A stretch of DNA of 63,739 nt, filler included, from Guillardia theta CCMP2712 (GCF_000315625.1; 6 parts of 6 records of this genome joined end to end with filler, not necessarily neighbours in it); one strand, 5' to 3'; positions 39,159-52,335 are shown, counted from the whole stretch's first letter. Translations and numbers: made by a program. The notes: generated by a model not told the origin, from the letters alone.

Positions 39159-40962
39159 CCCTTCCTCCTCCACCACCACCTCCTCCTCCTCCTCTCCTCT
39201 CTCATGGTTTTGCTGCCTAGGATTTCAATGGGCTTGATGGAATTGTGGGTTTTGGTATGCCTGTACAGGTATGAGAGCGAGGAGGAGATGGAGAATGAGC
39301 AGATATGGGAAAATTCAACTTCTTCTTTGTGGGGAGATGAAGTTGAAGTAGAGGAACAAGGAACTTTGACACTCTACAAGTCGATGAACTTGTCCCTTTG
39401 ATGATTATGTAGAAGTGTTCATCAAGTTTTGATCGAGATTCAATGTGGAGAAACCTCCTCCACCTTGACATGTTCAAGAGAAACATGTTTCGGGAGTGAT
39501 ACCATGACATGCTGATGACAACCTTTGTCAGCACCAATCTGCTCCTCCTCCTCCCAGCGGGGTCAGTGACATGATGCCGAGGTGATGAGAACTTTTCTCG
39601 ATTTTCTCCCTCAAGTTTCGGTGATGACGCAGGAGCGGAGATGGCATATCGGCATCTTTGCCCGTTCCTCTCCTGTTTGCTCTCACGGACCCGACGGTAG
39701 ATGCTAACAGCTCATGTTCTTCCCATATGCGATGCTGGCTCTTGTTATCTTTGTCTTGTGTTGACGTTTGTTGTCTAATCCTGCATTCTTTCACGTTGCG
39801 TCCTCGTCCTCATGGTAGTGGTGCAGGTCAAGGACAACGCAAGGAACCACGTGCTGGAAAGAAGAGCCTTCTCCTTCCTCTCCACAGATTCACTGGCCGA
39901 GCTGCAGCTAGGAGGCTACGATCCTGACGCGGTGAGGAGGGAGGAGAGAGCAGAAGAGGATGGAGACGCTGCAGGAAACGAGCACGACATATTGGCAGAT
40001 ACGATGTCAGGGGGGAAGAGTAGAACGAGTGCTAGGAGGGAGGGAGGGAGGAGGGAGGGAGGGAGAGAGGAAGAGAAGATGGGTTTTGTCAGCGGTATGT
40101 GATGGGAAGAGGAGCAGATCGACGGCAGGATGTTCCTCACCCCCTCCATCACCATCAACGACTACGTCGTCGTCTCTCTCTCCATCAAGTTTGGCTCCTC
40201 CGAACTCCTCGAGTTCACTCCTAAGAATCCTCGGCTGCGGTACCTCCCTGCCATCCTCGACAGGTACGGCAGGAGCGGGAAGCAAGGGGGAGGGGCTGCA
40301 GATCGAAGGGAAGGGGGTGGCGAGGAGGAGGAGGAGGAGAATGGGCTGGGGAGGCGGGGTTAGGGTTGAGGAAAGCGTTCCAGGAGGAGAACGAGTGCGA
40401 GGAGGAGGGAGAGGAGACGGAGAAAGGAGGGAAGAGGAGGAGGAGGGGGAGAAAGTAGGGAGAGGAACGTCTGACGGAGGGATGCAGCGGGACAAGCTGT
40501 CTTGTGATCCCTGACTCGACGATGAACGGGCTGGTGACGGAGTCGCCATATCAACGATGGAAGAATCTTGTGAAGGATGTAAGGGAGGGAGGGAGGGAAG
40601 GAGCATGCAAACGATGTTGACCTTGTTGCTCTACAGCCGAAGAACCCTCGCTTGAGAGAAACGTTCCACATTAACATCGCGGGTGAGGATGAGGATGAGT
40701 TTGTTTCTCCCTCCTCCTGTTTTTGATTTGCTCTCCTCCTCCTCCTCCTCCTCCTCGTTGTCCACCACAGCCACCACCCTCTACTCCTCCTCCCCTTCCC
40801 TGTCCACCACAGCCACCACCCTCTACTCCTCCTCCTCCTCTTGCCTCTTTTTCTCTGATAGAACATCAGGTGCTGTGTTCGACCTGGAGTTCGATGACTG
40901 GTGGCTGGGAGAATCGAATCAATCCTGCGTGCAGAGGGTACAAGAGGAGGAGGAGGAGGAGA

Positions 40963-40995
<33 letters not shown>

Positions 40996-41581
40996 AGGGA
41001 GAGGAGAAGGAGGAGGGGAGGGAGGGAGAGGAGGAGGAGGGAGAGGAGGAGGAGAGGGGCAGGAGGCGGGAAGGCAGGAGGAAATGCGGGATATGTAAAT
41101 TAAGATAAGGATGCAGGCACCTGAGAACTTCGGAGGAATATTGATTGGGGATGTATTCTTTAGACGATATCTCGTTCTCTTCGATCTTAGGTTTGACATG
41201 CTTGGCACTTGTACATTCCTCCTTGCCCTCCCCTCATCTCATCTCATCTCATCTCATCTCATCTCATCTCATCTCATCTCATCTCATCTCATCTTTTGTA
41301 CTCTCATCTCATCTTATCTCAGACATTATCCGGAATCTGTTGTGATCGGTATGGGCAAGCGAAGTTCGCAGTACAAGTTTGCGAAATCCCATCCAACTAT
41401 ATCAAAGGTAGACAAGAAGAATCCTTTGAGTGTCACTCTGATATGCCATGGAAGATTCCTGCATACAAGAGAAAACCTGTGAATATTAGCAGTGAGACGG
41501 TGAGCTATCTCTAAATCAAACATGTTTTCAGACGAACTTGTAATTTAAGATTGGAGTCCAGAGAGAACGATGATGATGGAG

Positions 41582-41644
<63 letters not shown>

Positions 41645-42000
41645 TTGGTGGTGTTGGTGTTGGTGTTGGTGTTGTTGTTGATGATGATGATAATGGTGAT
41701 GATGATGGCAATGGCAGTGGTAATGGTGATAGTGACGGTGGAGAACATGACTATGAACTTATCGAATCTCTTCAAACTGTTTTACTTGTCCACATTCTGC
41801 TCAATACGCATCTTTGTTCCTTCCACCTCCCGATTCACTGCTCTTCCTCTTCCCAGGCTCCCCCGAGGTATCGCGTGCCCATGGCGACGGATCGCATTCC
41901 TGTACATAACGAGGTGAGGAGGACGAAACAACATGTTGAGATCTCAACACAACTCATGCACATGACAGCAAATGACTCAGTATTACATCAACCTGACGGT
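38193..42000 (+). CDS. Pepsin-family (A1) aspartic protease with the start of a second protease domain; 3' end lost in gap
   Basis: Signal-like start MAPTAGNTLLLCLLSA. Then YDPLRSKTF, LSYADETHLKGFQSKDVVKLGD (flap Tyr), FNGLDGIVGFG, AFSFLS..ELQLGGYD, AILD|SGTSCLVIP (catalytic Asp split by the intron at 40263/40488) and ILIGDVFFRRYLVLFDL. A new domain starts at IPVHNE|QMTQYYINLT. Confidence 0.85.
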
Positions 42001-42382
42001 GATGTCTCCAGCTTCTCCCTCCTCTCCTCCCTCTCCCTCCTCTCCCTTCCCCTCCCTCCTCCCCTCCCTTCCTCCCTCTCCCTCCTCTCCTCCTCAACGA
42101 GTNNNNNNNNNNNNNNNNNNNNNNNNNNNNNNNNNNNNNNNNNNNNTTAATTAATTAANNNNNNNNNNNNNNNNNNNNNNNNNNNNNNNNNNNNNNNNNN
42201 NNTTCCTTCCTTCCTTCCCTTCCCTTCCCTTCCCTTCCCTTCCACCCATTTTCTCCTTCTCATCTATCAGCACTACATGTATTCAAGATTACCCTTCTCT
42301 CCATGACAACTGAATCCATCGAATTCCAAAGCATGTCACCTGCGAGCTCTTCTGACTTTTTTTTCAGTTGACATTTACCGTC

Positions 42383-42738
42383 TTACAATCGCCCAGAAGC
42401 CCTCAGCAAAAATCCCTTCCCAGCTCTTCCCCGCGCTGACCTGTCAGCAAGCTGAGAAAATTTAGACAGGTTACAAGACTTGAGTACAGCTGGATGACAC
42501 TTGTGCCTCCCGTACTTCCCCCCGATGAAATAAGCACCTGGAACCAAAGAAAAGTCAGAATCTATTCTTCTTCTTCCTCCTCCTCCTCCTCCCCCCCCTC
42601 CCTTTTTGACCTCCATCTCCGATCCAGGAACAAGAGAGACAAACGAGGATCCATCCATGACCGTTGGGACCGAAGCACAACATCTTGAGATGATGGTCAG
42701 CTAAAACATCTTCCTCCTCCTTCTCATCATCATCATCA

Positions 42739-42779
<41 letters not shown>

Positions 42780-43013
42780 ATCATCATCAGCAGCAGCAGC
42801 AGCATCTTACATTTGCCAGTCCTGACATCACTGAGACGTACATCAACCCCAACACTCTTAACCTCCCGCTCTGCAAAGTTTGTCAAGAGAGAAGAAGGTG
42901 CCAAAGGTCAAGAGCGAAGAAACGAGAGAGATCGAGCCAGCGGAGGAGAAGGTGGAGGAGGGAGGCACGAGGGATCAAGGAGCAGGAGCAGGAGAAGCAA
43001 GAGGGGCAGGCAA

Positions 43014-43082
<69 letters not shown>

Positions 43083-44041
43083 TGAAAACAAGGAGAAGAG
43101 GGACCTCTCGTAAAGTTTGCCGATCGCTGGATGAAGACACAACGAGGACAAAGAGGGAGAAAAAGATTGATCCGACAAAGAAAGTCCAGGACCTAGAGGA
43201 AGAAGAATCAGAGGACGAGAGAAAATGGAGGAAAAGCAACCCGAAGAGGGAGGAGCCTCCGATTAAGAGGTTCAAGGAATGCAAACGAAGACAACGACTG
43301 ATCTCATGCATTTTTGGCCATGTTGATGAAGCCGATGTTGAGAGTGCTGCTGGTGTTGTTGATGATGACGGAGATGTCGACGATGTTGTTGTTTCTGTTG
43401 TTGTTGTGTTGTGTTCAGAATTGTCTTTCTGGTACCCTCGCTCCATGATGTCGCCATATTCTTGCAATCCATAACAGCTGGAGCATTTTTTTCCAAGATA
43501 TTTTTTCCAAGACAGGCACATGTCAGGCCAGGACTTACACAAGAGAATTCAACCTGATGACGATGAGAAAGATCTGGAAGATGAGAGGGAAAAAAGCGTT
43601 CATGATGACAACCTGCAAAGATAGTGAGTTTGCTCCGATGAATTTTGTCAATAAGCGCACTGGCGAGATCCAATTCGCAGCTGTCTCAAGCCTGATGGAA
43701 AGCGAGTGAGAATAGACAAAAGAAGGACAACAGAAAAATGACTGACTGACTGACTGACTGGCTGACTGACTGGCTGACTGACTGACTGACTGACTGACTG
43801 ACTGATGTCAGATGAAGAGGAGGGAGGGAGGAAGGAATGAAGGTAAATGAACTGAGGTAGGCAGGCAGGTAGGCAGGTAGGCAAGCAGGCAAGCAGGCAG
43901 GCAGCAACCTGATCTTATGTCTGGGATTGACAGCAAGTGACGTTACACGTAACCAGCACGTGTAGAACAGAAAGCATGACAAGTTGGAGAGAGTCAACTC
44001 GCCCTGCACCAATCTCGTTATTTCTACATCCCCTCCCTCCC

Positions 44042-44110
<69 letters not shown>

Positions 44111-44393
44111 TCTCTTCTCTTCTCTCTTCTCATCCCCTCTCCTCCTCCCTGTCCTCACCGTGTACAAGGGTTGTAGCGAGTCCGACAACAAGACCCGAGA
44201 TCCCAGCGTGAAGGGAAGGAGCTTGTGAACGAGGAGGGGAGCAAGGAAGGTTGAGACGAGCGACAGGAGCGAGAGCAGGGCCAGTAACTTCCTGCAGGCA
44301 AGATGGTTCAGGGCTGCAAGCATCGTTCAAGCTCTTTGCTCACCTGGATTGTGAAATTGGCTTCTCATTCTGCAGTTGTGAAACTCTCGACAT
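42383..44393 (-). CDS. Hypothetical type II membrane protein
   Basis: MSRVSQLQNEKPISQSR|KLLALLSLLSLVSTFLAPLLVHKLL (short cytosolic tail + TM), followed by several GT-AG exons separated by microsatellite introns. Confidence 0.45.
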
Positions 44394-44724
44394 AGAAGCC
44401 ATGGGCAGCGAGAGCGCCCGCTGCTTTGACGAATAGCAATCTCTTGCCTTTGCCTGTCGGTTCTCTTCTTTCTCTCCCTCTTCCTTCCCCTCTCCTTTGC
44501 TCAAATGAAGCAGAGCCTGTCAATCTACTTCGAATTCAACCTCATGTAGGTTGGTGGGGTTTCTTTCTTCTGGTTTTGTCCAACTTGTGCCGGTCCTTGG
44601 TCACTGGATCTGTCTTTCTCCTCTTCCTCTTCCTCTTCCTCTTCCTCTTCCTCTTCCTCTCTCCTTTCTCACTCACTCGTTCCCTTGGCCGCACATGCCA
44701 TGCTCATATAAACCTTTAGCTGGT

Positions 44725-45240
44725 TGGTCCGGTGCTGCACTGCACATTTTCAACCGGGCCCCGGCGGCCCGCGGTCGGGCCCGGCCGGGCAGACTCCGGG
44801 CGAGAGGCTAACCGTTACGAAATAGCCTGATAATAACCGTCAGCCACCCAGCTGGGAGGATGGGACAGGGGTGGAAAGATAAGCGACGTTTGCATGTTTA
44901 GCAGGGGATGTGTGTGGGAGGGGTGGGTCAGCACCCTGCCATGATGAAAAGTAGGGGTACTTTGGAGGGGAGAATTACCAGGTAGTAAGTACCTCTTCTT
45001 TAACCTGTACCCCCTTCATCATACCTCTTCCGTCAAATTTACTACCCTGGTCGTGTTTACCCCAATGCTGACTGCCCAGGTGCTTGGCACCTTAAATCAA
45101 GGGGTAGGGGTCCAAAAAGATAAAGAGATCGTGTATAAGTACTGGGTACTTAATCGTAAATCTGGAGGTAGGGTATGAGAAGATGGGTGTGAAACTGGAA
45201 GGGTACTCGATTAGGTGGGTGGTGGCAGGTGGAGTCTGAA
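44725..45240. promoter_or_regulatory. CCGG block (44725-44830) followed by GGGT block (44830-45240) between divergent genes
   Basis: CCGGGCCCCGGCGGCCCGCGGTCGGGCCCGGCCGGG, then repeated GGGGTA/GGGTAC/TACCC words. Confidence 0.45.
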
Positions 45241-45638
45241 ATTGGATAAGGAAATGAGTAGAGGAGAGAAGTGGCGAGGAGGGGAGGGGATAGGAGAGGG
45301 GAGGGAGAAGAGGGAGAGGGGATGAAGACGAAGAGGAAGAGGAAGAGGAAGAGGAAAGGAAGATGGAGTGGAAGAGAAGACAGGAAAGTAATACGAGCCA
45401 GGAGCGACTTGGAGGAAGGAAGTTGTTGGATGATAAGCCGCCGTTTTGATATTACAAGGAGACATGCGAGAGAAGCAGAATTTTTTTCTAAAGAGATGGA
45501 AATAGGTAGAGATAAGAGGATATTAGGCAGCCATGCATTGACGAGTTTCATAGTTTAGGCAGCGGCAGTGGCAGTGACAAATATGTGCCAAAATCCCTCT
45601 CCTAGGCCTCTTTGACTTACTTGTTCTGTTGGACAGGC

Positions 45639-46007
45639 ATGCTTGCTCGATCTCTCCTGCTCCTCTCCCTCGTCTCCCTCGCCTGCGCCCTTCACGTGGC
45701 GCAAGACTCTCCCCCTAAGTCCTGCTACAAGGCTCCAGTGATTGCTGAGGCTGACCCCGACGTCCTCATCTACGATCAAAACGCTCCCTGCCCTCCAGGA
45801 CAGGTCTACCTGAGCAACGCTGGAATGAAGCGCCCTTCTGCTCCCCTGGTGGCGGCAGGGGCAGCCGACACGCATACGTACGTCGCTGCTCGCTTCAACC
45901 CAACGCTCGTCTCCTCCCTGGCTGGCAACATCGGACAGTGTGTTGCCTTGCCTGCAGGAGGAACCAACGTGGCGACATGGCAGGTCACCCGCGGTCAGTG
46001 TCCCTAA
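45639..46007 (+). CDS. Small secreted Cys-containing protein
   Basis: Signal peptide MLARSLLLLSLVSLACA, 122-aa ORF with 4 mature-chain Cys and GC3-rich codons. Confidence 0.6.
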   Translation: MLARSLLLLSLVSLACALHVAQDSPPKSCYKAPVIAEADPDVLIYDQNAPCPPGQVYLSNAGMKRPSAPLVAAGAADTHTYVAARFNPTLVSSLAGNIGQCVALPAGGTNVATWQVTRGQCP

Positions 46008-49000
46008 GCGTGTCTACCAGTAGGTTATAGACTTCACGTACTGATATATGTAAAGATACTTCACCATCCTCTCTATCAACTGCATCTCTTATCTGATCTA
46101 TGCACCACATGTTGGCCTTCCTTGCTGCATCATCGTGGAAACCTTGAAGAGAGGGGCGGATAGGTGGAGGTCTGCTGGGAAGGAGCAGCAGAGCAGCAAA
46201 AGCCACCGTAAACAGCAGCTCACTGCTTGATGATGTCGATTTCTATGTAGCCTGGACAACAACGTGAGGTTTGAAGAGAATGAGATACTGGAAGAGGACT
46301 AGGAGTATGAGAATGAGGAGAGGGTAGGGAAGAGAGGTGAAGGGAGGAGAGGAGAAACGGAAAAGCAAGGGATGGAGGGTAGGAAGACAAAGAACTGAGG
46401 GAGAAGGGAGGGAGAGTAGGGTACGAAGAACGGAGGAGAGCGAGCGAAGGGGGATGGAGAGAAAAACAAAATCTATGAGGAGAGAGCGGGGCAAGGGCAC
46501 GACAGGAGGGGGGAGGCGACAAGGAGGGAACCACCTTCGAGGTCCATCTGAGGATCGGTGAGAAGGTCCTTGCAAGCAGCCCAGCTCTTCTCATCATTGA
46601 CTTTGACGGTCTTGTCACCTAGAGGACGGGACGGAGTGAGCGAGAGACACTCGAGGTAAAACGGGACACTGACTGTCTGGACGCTGGTAAGTGAATGAGG
46701 CAGGCGACCCCACCAGATCCTCCAGCTCAGTCTTCAGCTCTTCCCAGCTGACTTGTAGTTAGCAACGGGCTGGCCTGCACTCTGAGATCTGCTCACTCTG
46801 TGGACGCGTCGATGGCGAGCTCCCCGAGATCCTTGTCGTTGAGGAAGCAGCCCAGAAAGAGCTCGACCTGTCCTTCAGCTCCTGACTTCTGGCTCCCCTC
46901 CTTGTCCCCGCCTTAGCACTTGAGTCAGGGTTGATCGTGCTGAACAAGCAGGAGGAGGACCAAAGAAAAGATGCTGAGGGCCCTCGTTCAATGCCTTGAT
47001 CGCTTCTTCGTCTAGCTCTTCCTGTTCCTCCTCTTCTGCGATGAGTGAGCCATCGGAGACTTTGTTGCTGTCTGATCCTTACCTTCGTCTCCGAGCAAGT
47101 CCTCGTTCAATGCCTGGGGGATGAATGAGAAGAAAAGCAACATGAATGAATGAAGTTGAGAGGAGCAGGAAAGGGAAGGGAAGGGAAGGGAAGGGAAGGG
47201 AAGGGAAGGGAAGGGAAGGGCAGTGCAGGAAAAATCCAGTAGGTACAAGGAGAGGACAACGAATACCTCAGGCGACGCCTCCTCACTCGTATTTGCAGTC
47301 CCATCTTGAGTTAGCTCCTCGTCTTCCAAATCTTCTCCTTCCAAGTTTTCTGGGCTGGGAAATTCTGGAACAAAGTTCTTGTCTAGAACGTACTCCAATA
47401 CTCCAACGAATCCCTGGTGACACAGGTCAGCAAGGACGGGAACCCTGGTTGTCAACAAAAGCAGCACCATGTATCCCTCAGGATTCAAAACCTTTGAAAA
47501 AATTGCCTGCAAAGATTCGTCAGCTGTAGTGTTGGAGGTCAAATGAATTCACCTCTGTCGGAACGAGGCCCGACCTCAAGGTCATATCGACATTCTCGTC
47601 AGTGACTTCTCCCTTGAGAAACAAACATCACTCTATCAAAATCAGCCCAGTGACGTCACCTTGTCAAAAAATCCTCCCACGTAACGCCTTGTCCGACGTC
47701 TCCCGTTGTTCATCCAAGGGTCCTTCTTCCTCAAGATGATCCCCAGCATGTCTTCACACCTTAATGATTTGCCAGTCAACCTCCAACACGAGAGCTGACA
47801 AGCTTGCAGACACAGTAGAAACTCAAAAAGTCCTCACCAGATGGCAATCGAGACTGTCTGACCGGCAGGTACACGGATAGCTTCAGTGAGAGGCAGCGGG
47901 CCGTAAAAAAGCTCCGGGTTTTCATCCTATCAGCTCGTCATCTTTGGCTTCGATCACAAGCACTCTCACAAGGTCTGAGATCGAAGGAAGTAGCTTGTTG
48001 ACCCCTTCCACCGTCCTCTTCACTTGCCTTGGAAACCCAAAAGCATCCCACTGACATAAGGGTTAGGAAGGTCAGCCCAGGAGAGTTCTGAGGGACAGAT
48101 CTGCTCACCTTTTTGGGGCCCACTCTCTTGACCAACGCCTTCACATTCTTCATGCCAACCTGCACAAAGAAGATCAGTGGGAAAGGAAGAAAAATGTCGA
48201 AAGAGCAAGTTTGGTGAGCAGGAGACAGAAAGGAGCTACAGGGAAATGTAACGACAACGAACCATCCAGAAATAACGATAAAAGCGGTAAGGAATAAACA
48301 AGCAAAGAGCGATGACAGCTTCCATGAGCGAAATTCAACGAAAGGAAGTATTCAGGAAAGAAATCACGGATAAACAACAATTCCAGTAATAGAGGAGAAT
48401 CGACGAATCTACGATGATCACACAAGAGCCAGCACCTGCTTCCATCCTGACTTCGACATTTCGTGGCCATAAGATGGCCCATCTCGCACGAACACTCGAT
48501 ACTTGGTGACGTAGATGTCGGAATGTTCATGACTGTCCAGCTCGTCATGTTCATGACTGTCCAGCGCACGTCCTACCTGCCCGTCCTCACGCCAGTGATG
48601 TAGACATCAGCGCTTTTCGCTTGGACCTGGAGTGCTTGTGAGGCAGTGCATACTAATCGGGACTCTTGCATCTAAGGAAATTGAAGGCGGGAGGAGTAGG
48701 GAAAGGGATATCCCTCGTTAGACAACCTCAAAGAAGATGCCGTTGTGGGCATGTCCCGTTGTCTTCTGTGTGCAGATCCATTTGACTCCCTCTGTTCCTG
48801 CTGGGTCTGCGAAGAAACGGTTGAGAAGGAAACAAACTCTTGCTGTCGTCTTGCCTGCAATGGTCATCGTCAAACCCCTGAAGGGGGTGAGATCTCCCAA
48901 AACCTATCGGAGATGTCAATGCACGCTATGGAGGGAGTTGACAAACGTCCAAGGAAGCAACACAAAAAGCAACACAAGAAACAACACAAGAAACACTTGC

Positions 49001-49777
49001 CTCCACTCCCTCTGGGACGTCCCACGTCGTCTCGTCGGTGTTGATGTTCCAGAAGTACACATCGCCGCTCTCAGGATCCTTCACCTGAGTTTGACGTGAA
49101 TATCATGAGCTGCATCCGCCTACTTGATCTAGCTCACCTGCTTCCACTCAAACACGTTGGTGTTTCCAACAATGTCGTCTTCATCAGTGTCCTTGCTAGG
49201 ACTGTTAAATTCTTTACTCCACCTCTGTTGAATATCCAGGAATTCCTGACGAAGGGGTCAGTCGGACACGTCGGGGTCGAGAGAAACTCGGAGGTGATCA
49301 CATAAAGAATCAGCATACCTTGGTCTTCGTCCAAGCTGTACTTGTATCTCTCTCTTCGGCCAGTCTCTTCTTGAGCTCATCGCGCACAGTATCCAGCTCC
49401 TCCTCCTCGTTATCCAGTCTTTCCAGGAGCTTCCTCTTTGCCTTCCCCAATGGCCTTCCCGTCAATCCAGGGAGCTGAGAACCGTATCTCTTGCGAGAGC
49501 TCCTCTTTCGTGGGCCTTTGGGCTCTTGCTGCATGCATAGCTGCGATATCGATGGACGAGAAAATCCACGGAGCATGTTTGGAAAGATAAATGGGGAGGC
49601 AAAGGCTGCAATGCGAGAAACGGGAGAGAAGGATCGAGAGGACAAGGAGGAGGAAGAGGAGGATGGAGGGATGGAGCAAGAAGAAGAAGGAAAGGCGGGG
49701 GAGGGGAGGCGGAGAGGGGCTCCTGAAGATGCGGAAGGCAGCGCCATTAGTGCCACGAGGCACAAAACTGCTGCCAT
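45985..49777 (-). CDS. Putative plastid/periplastid-targeted multidomain protein: WW domain + beta-rich domain + acidic linker + PB1-like domain (possibly two genes)
   Basis: Signal + Ser-rich transit peptide (MAAVLCLVALMALPSASS..SPAF..RIAAFASP). Spliced WW domain FEWKQ|VKDPESGDVYFWNINTDETTWDVP (49150-49000). Then GHAHNGIFFE|VQAKSADVYITGVRT..YRVFVRDGPSYGHEMSKSGWKQ|VG, and C-terminal ELAIDASTE|VSWEELKTELEDL|..FYLE..GDKTVKVNDEKSWAACKDLL..|GYIEIDII. Confidence 0.6.
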
Positions 49778-49959
49778 GGCGGGGGGCCGCTACTCAATAT
49801 ATGTGGGTTTTAGTTTTATTACCCACCTGCGAGATTTGTACGGACATCTCTCGGACGAACTGGTACAATCATTTTAAATATTTTTATATTTGAATGACGT
49901 GGGATTTTATCTCATAACCATTACTCTTTGAGTAAACTTTTATATCTGGACTTTTTCAA

Positions 49960-50280
49960 TGCGGCCACGGTCAGACTCTGCACTGATCGGATCGGACCCG
50001 GACCCGGCGGCGGGCCCGGCCGCCCCAGCGTACGGTACAGGTCAGTGACCGGCCGGCCTCGGTACACAAAAACTTGAAACTTGCCAAGTTGAACTGAGGA
50101 ACTGGCCCGGGCGACACTCGGTGCCGGTCGGATCATGCTAGCTCTGAGGGCGGCGTGATTTCAAGTGACGAGTCTGAACTGGTTTAGTTCTATTAGGTAG
50201 TAGTTTGGCTCTACTGATCTAGTTAGTTCTACAGCAGGCTCGCAGTGACAGTAGGCTACTGTGACTGGAGGTCTGATGTT
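49960..50280. other. CCGG/TCAGTGA-rich intergenic block
   Basis: GATCGGATCGGACCCGGACCCGGCGGCGGGCCCGGCCGCCCCAGCGTACGGTACAGGTCAGTGACCGGCCGG; AACTTGAAACTTG. Confidence 0.7.
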
Positions 50281-50295
50281 GATTAGGATCTTAGG

Positions 50296-51540
50296 CTACA
50301 AATTTGTAGATGAACCAGAAGTGTTGCGAAGCTCCCTAAAGCGGAACAAGTCAATCAACGGCTGAGGGGCTTGAGAGAGAAGGAAGACAGAAAGAGACCA
50401 GGAGCACGAAGAGGTGCCACAGACCATGAAAGCCAACCTGCAAACGTCATGAGTGACAAGCAAGTTACGTGCAATCATGATTTGCACAAGGCATCTCACC
50501 ACGTTGGGCAAGGGATCGGGGAACTTGGTGGCATAGACGAAAGCGCCAAGAGTGTAAAGGAGGCCGCCTGCTGCTCTTGAGATGGCGATCATGGTCACAG
50601 AACGTTCACCCGCGACTAAGTAGTGAATCTCGTCTGGGGAGAAGGCCTGGTGGAGAGGGGTCCACAAGAAAAGACAGATCCATCCCTGGAAGACATCTGG
50701 ACGGCAAGAAGAGTGAGCTTGTTGGACAAAGAAACAGGGAGCTCAGACAAGTTCCAATGGTGGCCCATCGCGGAGAGAACTGCGAGAGGGTCAACTTGTT
50801 TGGACCTCCACGTCGATTCGTTCTCTAACCTGGAGAGTGGATTTCTGCACTATCCCAGCGATGGTCAAACTCCAAACGATCGCAAGCAGGTAGGTAGCGG
50901 CCCTGGTCCTCAAAGAAAGCATGCAGATCGGCGTGTCTAGTGTGGACAATAGTCAGAAGAGAATCGGTCTAGTGTGGACAACAGTCAGAAGAGAATCGGA
51001 GAAAAGTGAAAAGACGAGCAGTGGGCAGTCATGTCTTACAGCTCCCTGCGATGAAAAGATAGATCGAGATGTGATCGAAGCGACGAAGGAGATCCGACAT
51101 CTCTCTCCCCGCAGGCCTCTTGACCATGTGATGGAGAGCGCTGGCAAAGAAGAGAACGCACATGCAGCAGCCATACAAACCGCATGAAAACTGCGAAATG
51201 GGCTGCTCATCGCCCCCCAGTCAGCCCAACAGAAACTTCAATGCCGCGCCTACCGTAGATGCTTTCAACACTAACAACAGGAGGCCTATCAGACTGAGCA
51301 CGAAGCCCAGAGCATGCGTCCAAAAGCTGTCCAAGAATCTCACCCATGACAAACTCGCACGTCGCCTTACCTGAACCAATCTGGCCCATCTTTGTAGACA
51401 GGCACGTGGAAAGTGTGGTTCAGCCGGCAAAACTTAGCCAGCATTGCGTCTTGACTCAATATATCATTCTGTGGAGACACCTTTGAAATCCGATAGGATT
51501 CTGCGTACTTGCGCTTCGAAAGTTCCTGTCCATTGCACTA
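50296..51540 (-). CDS. PAQR / hemolysin-III family 7TM membrane protein
   Basis: SFWTHALGFVLSLIGLLLLV, SALYHMV, DHISIYFFIAG, GGLLYTLGAFVYATKFPDPLPNV|VGFHGLWHLFV, giving the conserved Zn-binding motifs SxxxH, DxxxI and HxxWH. Boundaries approximate. Confidence 0.85.
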
Positions 51541-51716
51541 TGTCAAGGTCTCTTCTCGAACGCTTCCTACGTGTGCCATTTGCTATCTTCTTTCGTTTCC
51601 CTGTATTCCCCCGTGATTTGAAATGATAGCCTGAATCCCATCTTGACTGACACAAACACCATCCCTCGATCTGCAAATTTTTGGTACTGTTGTCTGAGGT
51701 ATCCTGCTCTCTGAAG

Positions 51717-51794
51717 ACTACAACTCGTCTCTACCTGTCTCAACTACAACTCGTCTCTACCTGTCTCAACTACAACTCGTCTCTACCTGTCTCA
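51717..51794 (+). repeat. Tandem repeat 3 x 26 bp (ACTACAACTCGTCTCTACCTGTCTCA)
   Basis: Three exact head-to-tail copies, no spacers. Confidence 0.95.
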
Positions 51795-51919
51795 ACATGC
51801 TTCTTTCCCTTGTCTTCACATCTTGTTATCCTATCCTTGCATCTTCTTCTCTGCCCTCCTCCACCCTCGCTCAGCATGATCTCTAAAATCCCTCTTCATT
51901 GACAAAATCCCTGCCAGGG

Positions 51920-52320
51920 CGTGTGCTACCCCACCCTCTTAAGAATTATAAAATGGGTGGGTGTATGGTACCACCGTGAATTTTCAACATAATTGTGATA
52001 TGAAAGGTAGGGTGGGGTAGTGGACTAGGTTTAGATTAAAGAACTAAACTGAAGTGTGTAGAAATGGACTGGGGTGGGTAGGGTCAGCGTCAATCGGGTG
52101 GGGTCATAAGGTCATGGGGGTAGGTAGCAGCAACTCAGTTTGCGCACTATGGGGTAGTCAAAAATACAGTTCGAGCGAAGTAATATGAATGAAGGAAGGG
52201 GGTAGGGGTGAGCAATTGCTTCATGTCTTTTCCAGGTAGGGTAGTCGTGCCCCCATGGATTACTGGTGGGTTCAGAATTCACTACAGGGGTGGGGTACTT
52301 AGGGGTGTGAGGTACGCTCT
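51920..52320. promoter_or_regulatory. GGGT-rich block between divergent PAQR and alpha/beta-hydrolase genes
   Basis: More than ten GGGTA/GGGGT/GGGTG words, ending ~20 bp before the ATG at 52336. Confidence 0.45.
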
Positions 52321-52335
52321 TACAAGTTTGGAGTC

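Noticed and set aside
51717-51794. 26-bp repeats as CRISPR/iteron array
   Set aside because: Simple tandem triplication without unique spacers.
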